Position numbers and translations under genes: made by a program. DNA of 64,000 bases. It comes from Octopus vulgaris (taxonomy: Eukaryota). The stretch spans positions 8,618,001-8,682,000 of the forward strand of contig OX597825.1 in the NCBI GenBank assembly GCA_951406725.2, in the 5' to 3' direction. Below, in pieces: positions 55,436-64,000 of the stretch. The notes beneath the pieces were generated by a model that ran no database searches, had not been told where the DNA came from, and was given only the letters and a program-made list of their open reading frames with translations. The stretch's first letter is position 1; each line of letters begins with the position of its first letter.

Positions 55436-58117
55436 TACATGTTCGTGTATGTCTGTCTATCTGTGGACCTGTGTTGTTACAAGTGGTACTTGTGGAAATA
55501 TCTCGCGAAATGAAGAATACCAATTTGGAATATAATGCTAGCCTCATCTAATATCCAATGCTAAGATACATAGATTGAACTACAAAGGATTATCAGTGTT
55601 ATATTCTCTACAAGAGTGATTGATCTATCAGTTATATACTGATAGCAAAATATGCCGGATACACACCTTCGTCACTTCCATTATAGCATTGAAAAAATAA
55701 CTGTTAAAATCGAACTGCACTCTTCAAAACTTGCACTAAGAATAAGTACAAAGTTATGTTACTACCTGCTTTTATAGCAAGTTAAAGTAGGTAGTTTAGC
55801 CCGTCCCCCTCCGACTCTTAGTTTCTGCAACTGAATACCGTATTATTCATGGAAAGTCCCAATACATATTTTGTATTTCATACCCAAACTGTAATTTTTA
55901 ATATATCTAATTTGTTTTTCCACCTCTATTTCTCTCTCTCTCTCACTCTCTCTCTCTCTTTCTCTGTATGTGTGTGTGTGTGTGTGTGCATGTGCGTCTG
56001 TGTGGATATATATGTGTGCGGTGTGAGTGTGTTGTGTGTTTCAAGGAAAAGTGGCTCCTATTGATTGGTTGTATCTGATAGCATAAATCCAGATTTATAC
56101 TATCAGGTACAACCAATTCTTGATGATGTTAAAAAATGATAGTCTGGAGAATTTAGTTATCAATTATGCAAATCTTCATTTCATTGGACACAGAATTTCA
56201 TAACAATATAGTAAGCATTTGTTTTAATTTAAAAATATTCTTATTCTCCGCGATGACACAATAACCGCAGTTAAAATCTCAGTAAGGCTTTATTTTGTCG
56301 TCGAGCTTTCTCTGCGATTTGTCATAATTTGACAGAATTTCCAATGGCACAGCATACCGAATATATGAAAGTTCCTAAAACTGTTTTTCATTAGATTGAT
56401 TTAGCTAAATCATATAATCGATTATTTATTTTTTTAATTTTTAGTCGATTTTCGTCATTCATTCTTGAATACATTTCGTTTCATTTTTCTATTTTTCGTC
56501 TTATTTTATTGTTTATTTTGTTCAGCTGCATTTATCAATAAAATGATATATTTTGTCAAAGGTTGGAAAGTACAAGAAATATTTGACGAAGTAAAATTTT
56601 AAGAAGTTTCCAGGAGAAAAACGTCAGTATGCGAGAAATATAATCAATATTGGAACGCTACATTTTTGTTTTCCAGTGTTGAACAAAAGATTCCCAAATG
56701 CAATGCATTGATAGGACCTTCCTACGCATAAACTGTTTTATAAGTCTATTCTAAACCCTATATAAGCCATATGGATGCATAATGTTTTTTAAACGAGCAT
56801 TTGATAATTACAGCAATTTTGAAAATTGTGTATTCATAAGGTAAAATAGAAAACGATTTTCACTTAATATAAAATTTATCCCGCTAAAATATTTATTTTA
56901 GGATCATAGATATTATTGTGGTTTGTTTTGTGTGTTTTTCTCAATTATAAAAATTATCACTGGTTCTTCTTTTAACACTATATCTCAAGTTCTTTAAGAA
57001 CAAACGTGAATTCACAAACACTTTAAAGTGTAAATTTCATATCCAAATATTCCTATTCTCCTGAATGGAAACAGCTTATCATTATGTAGTAACTATCGAC
57101 TGATAGATACTTTAGGAAACTGCATTAATTTGTAGTATTGTATTTTAATTATTTAGTGCGCAAAGGATCACATTTACCAGGTATGATATCTCTATGTATT
57201 CGTTATATAATTTTACCGGGTCAGAGTCAGCTTAGCATTACCATTTCTTCTGATGACTGAATACAACAAACTTTAATTGAGTAACCTAGAATAAAGCACT
57301 AACAAAGAAGACATATTCATATCCACAACCATATACCACATCTTTGTGTTCAGCCAAACCAAAGGTTTCAGCCATTTTCCTTTCTTCTGGTGTTGCGAAA
57401 ACCATTCATTTTCTGCTCTTCTCATTTCTTATATCACATGGAAAGACATGAAACGGCATATGGTTATCTTTTTCAGTGTATACAAGGTTCTCATAGACCG
57501 AAAGCTTCTGAAATGGTGTATAATTTATTGGATATTGAAGTAATAAATTATAAAACTTCTTTATAACTAAAGTTAATGTGAAATCAAATAGCCAATATTA
57601 AATGATTCCACCATATAAAATTGGATGACTTCAACATAATTTGCTACTTCTATGCTCAACAACGAGACAGTATGCTACTAAACCATATAAAATCGTTCAT
57701 ATTTTGAAAGCTGACATATTTACAGAGCGTAGTTATATTTAATTTTCGACAGGAGTTTAAACCAGTTTTGAGTGAGCTATATATAATGTATACACATCCA
57801 TTAAAACATCTAGGTATTTATATCATAATACAGCTCCAGGGACCAATGCAATACCATATATTTCCGCTGCAGAAATTTTGCGCATAAATGGAAATTTATT
57901 GGAAAGAATGATGAAATATATATTTATCTGTCTACGCGTGCATACACACACATACTCACATGCGTACGCGTACACAAACAAACACACAAACACGCACAGG
58001 CACACACACATGCACACACACGCACACACACACACAAGCACACACACATGAATAGACACATATGGGTTATGTACAATTTTCTATATTTGAGTATGTGAGA
58101 TGCTACGTAGTATCTAA

Positions 58118-58283
<166 letters not shown>

Positions 58284-59325
58284 GTATGTATATGTATCAG
58301 TGTGTGAGCCTCTATATTGCGTGCGTGTGTACGTATGTCCTAACATACGTGCATGCACAAACAAACACATACATTTGAATTAATAACCAACATACAGATG
58401 TGTGACCAGTTATTGTGTAGCAGTCGGCAAACATACGACTATTAAGTGATAAGCGATAGAGGAAGGCATTTTAATACATTCATTTCCTTAAGAATTTAGT
58501 GACATTGCAGGGAATCGTTTACATTTCTCGACAAATTCTATCAATCTGAAAAACAATTTTTGCAAATATGTCATAATTTGATATAGACCTCCAACTATTA
58601 TATTAATTACCACGCATAATTTACTGGCAGATAAATCTGTCAAATATATTTATCGTATATTTTATTAGTTTTTATATATACCGTAAATACATACACACAT
58701 AAAATATACAAACTGACACATACACACGTACACTCAAATATATGCATGTAGATATTGAATAAATGCTTATGAATTGGAAAGTATATAGCTGAAGAAATGA
58801 GGAGCGTATGGTTAAACTCCAATGTATGTTTAACTGAATGCAATAGCAACAGTAGCTAAGATATGGAATTGAGTTTAAAATGACTGAAAGAATGAGCAGA
58901 TAAGGATGTTTGGAAGACTCCAAAGTAAACGATCATAATGACATTACAAATATTTTCCTTATTTGGCATGGCAGTATCCTCCATGATCCTCGTGAAAACT
59001 GTGTATGCTCTGTGATAATTACACAATTGGTGATAGTTATTAAATTAAGCTGCTGTAAACTAATGTCGGAATAATGTCACGAGGAACGATAGTCGAATAT
59101 AAAAATTATTGACAGCTGTTCTAAAAAATAAAACGTTCAACAAGAAAAGATAAAGAAATTCATTAGAATAACAATGCATATAGCGTGAATAAAAAAGGCA
59201 GAGTGTCACTATAGGAAATCCAAGTCGGTTAAAAAGATCCAGTAAAGGAAAGTGCATTGTGTAAGTTTAGAGAGAGAAGGGGGGAGGGGAGATTGATAGA
59301 GAGAGAGTGGTAGAGAGGAACTGAC

Positions 59326-59703
59326 GGAGGCGCAATGGCCCAGTGGTTAGGGCAGCGGACTCGCGGTAGTAGGATCGCGGTTTCGATTCCCAGACCGGGC
59401 GTTGTGAGTGTTTATTGAGCGAAAACACCTAAAGCTCCACGAGCATCCGGCAGGGGATGGTGGTGATCCCTGCTCTACTCTTTCACCACAAGTTTCTCTC
59501 ACTCTTACTTCCTGTTTCTGTTGTATATGTATTTCAAAGGGACGGCCTTGTCACTGTGTCACGCTGAATATCCCCGAGAACTACGTTAAGGGCACACGTG
59601 TCTGTGGAGTGCTCAGCCACTTACACGTTAATTCCACGAGCAGGCTGTTCCGTTGATCGGATCAACCGGAACCCTCGTCGTCGTAACCGACGGAGTACTT
59701 CCC
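59326..59703 (+). mobile_element. SINE family A, full copy (tRNA-Arg-like head) with TSD
   Basis: GGCGCAATGGCCCAGTGGTTAGGGCAGCGGACTCGCGG..GGTTTCGATTCC (A box, TCG anticodon-like loop, B box); flanking repeat AGAGAGGAACT at 59312-59322 and 59704-59714. Confidence 0.93.
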
Positions 59704-59839
59704 AGAGAGGAACTAAGATAAAAGATGGGAGAGAGAGAGAGAAACATCTATATAATTGTATAGAAAGTAAAGAAACAACAAACATGCCTTGACAGTTTAC
59801 CAAGCGCATGCATCTACATACTATATAACAAAGTAATAA

Positions 59840-60050
59840 GGCGGCGAGCTAGCAGAAACGTTAGCACGCCGGGCGAAATGCGTAGCCGTATTTCGTCTGC
59901 CGTTACGATCTGAGTTCAAATGCACCCGTGGTCGATTTTGCCTTTCATCCTTTCGAGGTCGATAAATTAAGCACCAGTTACGCACTGGAGTCGATGTAAT
60001 CGAATTATTCCCTTTGTCTGTCCATGTTTGTCCCCTCTGTGTTTAGAAAT
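59840..60050 (+). mobile_element. SINE family B, full copy
   Basis: GGCGGCGAGCTAGCAGAAACGTTAGCACGCCGGG..GAGTTCAAAT..TTTGCCTTTCATCCTTTCGAGGTCGATAAATTAAG; flanked by TATATAACAA on both sides. Confidence 0.92.
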
Positions 60051-60608
60051 ATATATAACAAGATAATTTAATTAGATTCATAACGTTATTTAAAGAAATT
60101 GTCATCGTAGAATTTTGAAAATGTGGAATATAGGGAATACAAATGTGGTAAGGGTTTTTCATTTACAGGAATTCAGAAGGAGCCAGAAATATATTACTTA
60201 TTTCCGAAAAGGAATTTGTTTAAACAAACAATATACATATATATGTGATGGTATTTTTATAAGCAGTGACAAGATTTATAATTCTGTAAATAATATTTTA
60301 TAAGATTAAAACTTATAAGCGATCTCCGTAGACTACTTTCTTTAGTCATACATATATACCTACAGATTATTCAGATTGCAAGCTCAGGTTTATACCTGTA
60401 ATTATAGGGGCCCTATTATATGTAACACACTGCTTAAATACCAATCATATATATATACAAACAAAAATGTTCTGTTGTTGATGTCGAATTTCCAATGAAG
60501 GGGGCTTGGATCTAAGTTAGAAAGGGGCTTTGTCTGTATTGGCATGGGATCTTGAAATAAAACTGAACAAATTCAAACATACATCTATACACACAGACAC
60601 ACACACAG

Positions 60609-60674
<66 letters not shown>

Positions 60675-60679
60675 ATATG

Positions 60680-60710
<31 letters not shown>

Positions 60711-60761
60711 GTGTGTGTGTGTGTGTGTATGTGTGTGTGCGTAAACATAATATGTGACAAT

Positions 60762-60847
60762 TATTCGATAGCCATGATGTAACTCCGAGTTTCGGATGTC
60801 GGGGCGAAAACCTACGCCGGCATCTCTTCAGTTATCGGGATATCGAA
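60762..60847 (-). ncRNA. Type I hammerhead ribozyme motif (PLE-associated), probably partly decayed
   Basis: Minus strand: TTCGATA-TCCC-GATAA-CTGAAGA-GATGCCGG..CCGACATCC-GAAA-CTCGGAG-TT-ACATC-ATGGC-TATCGAA; intact core, stem II, quasi-palindromic stem III, extended stem I with two proximal mismatches. Confidence 0.68.
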
Positions 60848-61354
60848 AAACATTCTATGAAATTGACCGTTAAAACAAAGGAAAATTACTGTGTGATTGA
60901 CCGTTATTAAGAGCTATTAGAATGACTGCTAAGTAAAGGGAGGGAGTAATGGTAAGGAAGTAAAAATCCTCATTGTAATTGCGTAAGCGCGCATCTCCAT
61001 ACATATACGTGCGCGCCCGTACACCCACGTACATGCGCCTATACGTATATACTCAACCCCCTCACTTGAAGCACACACATGCTCACCCATACATTCGCCA
61101 AACATATATATACATACCCGCATACACACTCGCACACACAAACGCGCACACAAAAACGGTTCATACACACGTCTATATACGCACATGCACATGAAAAAAA
61201 CAGACAAAATACAGAAAAATGTGTAAAAAAGTATAAAAAACAAACAAGAATAAAACACGTCTATATACACACATACTCGCATGCACGAACATACATACGT
61301 CGATATACGCACATACACACACACACTTACACATCCACACGCGCGCACAAAGAA

Positions 61355-61699
61355 ATCCATATAAACGACTGTATACGCACAGGAAAATTTCAGGGTGGGA
61401 GGTAGAATACAGAAATATTATGTGTAAAAAAATATATGAGCAATAAAACTATAAATCCAATATCTCTATAAATATGTAAAAAAAAATATATAAAAATTAT
61501 CTAAGAAATATAAGTAAAGAGTATGAGATAAATTGCTTATATTAATTATATTTATTATATATTTTTTATATATTTTTTACATATTTATAGAGATGTTAGT
61601 TAATAGTTTCATTGCTCATAAATTTTTTTACACATAATTTGACTGTATTCTACTTTCCACATGAAATTTTTCTGTGCGTATATAGACGTGTATATAGAT
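61355..61699. repeat. Imperfect foldback palindrome (about 140-bp arms)
   Basis: TATACGCACAGGAAAATTTCA..GTAGAATACAG..ATTATGTGTAAAAAAAT..TGAGCAAT..TCTCTATAAATATGTAAAAAA is mirrored at 61563-61699. Confidence 0.88.
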
Positions 61700-62373
61700 A
61701 AATTCCACTATTTACATAATATCGAGGTCTCTTTCATTCTTTTGTTGTCTTGCCATTTCTATCAATAAATATATATATATATATATCATTATATATATTT
61801 TACGAAGTTAGTTCAGTAAGCCGTACGGGATATAGGTAAATTTATATAGAGAGCACTATAGATTTTAAAAATAGACATAGGGGACACAAGAATTCATTTA
61901 TTTATTCACCCAAATATTAAAAAAATTCCGCGACATTAGCATCATACATTAACCTCCTCAAAAAGTCTAACATTAGTATAATCTTGGTGACTTTGCCTGA
62001 ATATATCGAGTAGCATACGCTAGTAAAAGAAATAAAAACATATCATTAAAGACAGACGTTTAATATGTTGTAATCATACATATTTAGCAATATTAAAATT
62101 TTTTAAACTTTAAAATATTAATTTTTTTTGAAAATGCGATCTGGATTTTGATCCAATGAATACTTGTACACAAATCTTTAATCTTAAAATATTTATTTGT
62201 AATATTAGTACGGATATAACAGTACAAAATGGAATATTCCCATAGGCGATTATTTGCATGATTAACTAAAAGCTCACCTGTCAATCATTGTTATTTATTT
62301 AAACCTGGTAATCCTTTTCGGGCTGTCAAAAACTGAACTGCCACCATGTAGTGCCTTAGGCTGTGTTATTGTC

Positions 62374-62880
62374 GTGTTCGCGTGGGTGGGTGCTGAATTG
62401 TTTATTGAGTCCTTGTTCGAGTTGTTGACTTTGTTGTTGAAATTGTTGTCATTGTTGTTCTTTTGTTTCCCATTGTGGGACAGTGGAGAAGCGCCGGAGG
62501 GGGACCCAAGTTGTTCGGCCGCGGCGGGCGGGGGAGTGAACATGCAAGAGTTGGAGGTCCGCGAGATGGGGGTGAAGACTCGAAAGATGAAGGAGGGTGA
62601 GAGGTTGATTGCAAAGGAGGGAATCATTATGAAGCTGGCGCCGCCTGGGGAGCTGTCGGCCGGCGTGACGGGAGGAGAAGTAATGTTTAGAACCATGAAG
62701 GCGGCTGCGAGACGGATGGGGATTGCACCGGTGGAGGCCTTAGAAGAGTGCATTAGGAATGTGGAGGAATTAGCAACGTGCATTAAGGGGGAGAGGGGAT
62801 GCGCCACTGTGGAAGTGCGCTGCGCAACGGAGGAGGAAGCAGTGAAGCACTCCAGAGAGGCAGCAGTGTCGGGGGACTGA
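62374..62880 (+). mobile_element. Probable LINE (L1/Tx1-like) ORF1 5' fragment
   Basis: GC-rich island. VMFRTM..EALEECI..IKGERGCATVEVRC.TEEEAVKHS resembles RRM-like ORF1 N-termini of cephalopod L1/Tx1-type elements as I recall them; ends in an early stop with no downstream ORF2. Confidence 0.5.
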
Positions 62881-64000
62881 TTAGCTCAAAGAGGTCATCG
62901 CCTCTAGCTAGCTATATGACACAGGAACCTGTGTCCATTACAACCTTGGAACATTTCTTTCCTCGGGGTTCCTTTGTCGACGTAAAATCCAGTAAAGCAT
63001 TATATGGTGATAGTTCAATTTCTTTATTAGGCATAAAGCCTCAAACACAGAAAGGGACACCATAAGGACAGACACTGTGTCACTTTAAATCGAAAACTTT
63101 ATTCAGGCAGGTATATTAAATCGTTAAATATTTCAAACGGGAATGTGTGCTATGGCCCTAACAGAAACAATTTATTCCTTTTTGCTTGTTTTTCTTTTGT
63201 ATTTGTCTTTTTTTTTCATTTTTCTGAAATTGAATTTCAAAATCAGGATCTTATAATCTTGATAACCGCAAATCCCCGTCAGATTCAGTTAAAGTGATTT
63301 GTCAAGATTATCCCTTTCGCGAGAATAGAAAAAATATTTTCCTGAGACATATTTCCTCAGGAGTTTACACAGTGTTGAATGACTTTTTAAACATTATGTA
63401 ATTACTTTTATTATCTCAAATAAAAACACCCGATCTGCGAATAATCTTTAAAATTCTAAAAAAAAAAAAGAAGAAAACTAGTTCTTCATTTCACTATAAA
63501 CAAAACCTCACTTTTGGGGAAGATATGTGGCCAGTAGTACCAACTGGTTAGACCTAGATGAAATTTCTACCCCCTGCAATGAATCTCTGAAAAATAGTTT
63601 TCGATATTGTTGTGTGATTGAGTATGTGTATGTGAGAGCATGATTGTGTGTGCGAATATAAATGAAATACAACCAACAAAAATCTTCTCAAATATTCATT
63701 TATATTAGAGTGTTATGTGATAATTATGAGGACTATCGGATGACCACATTTACAAGAAAGATGATACCAGGCTTCTTTCCTACAGCTATCCAACGTATTA
63801 ACAGTATATTTTCCAATAAATGTCTGATGATGTGATTGAATTTCATGATAAGTAACTTTTCCCAATTTTGCACTAATAATTTTATTCGAAACGCCCCTAT
63901 TTCTGTTTTGATTTCTTTATGAGCATTTACAATATATTTTCAATATGTTTCTTCATTTACAATATATATCTTCTACGCTAAACTTTAAGTCCTGTCCCAA

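Noticed and set aside
59326-59400. tRNA-Arg-like sequence
   Set aside because: It is a SINE head: no proper acceptor stem or terminator, it continues into the SINE body, and it has a TSD and multiple copies.

Overview
AT-rich, microsatellite-dense animal genomic DNA, most likely octopus. The taxon is inferred from recognising recurrent tRNA-derived SINE families and was not verified by search. I see no recognisable host protein-coding gene: the window looks like a very long intron or intergenic region, and almost all ORFs in the track are (TA)n/(CA)n artefacts. Transposon-derived content includes a young 5'-truncated CR1-type LINE, a degraded HERO-clade (RLE) non-LTR element, several Penelope-like element (PLE) remnants with GIY-YIG motifs, two mariner fragments, two non-autonomous Helitrons, a LINE ORF1-like fragment and about 16 SINE copies. 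The most interesting unexplained layer is RNA/DNA structure. It includes PLE-associated minimal hammerhead-ribozyme motifs with palindromic stem III and unusually long stem II (17.9, 18.5 and 60.8 kb, plus truncated or decayed relatives), a structured HERO 3' UTR carrying half a hammerhead-like core, and several long palindromes or inverted duplications (3.4-4.9, 16.9 and 61.5 kb). All calls come from manual reading; no alignments or folding were computed.
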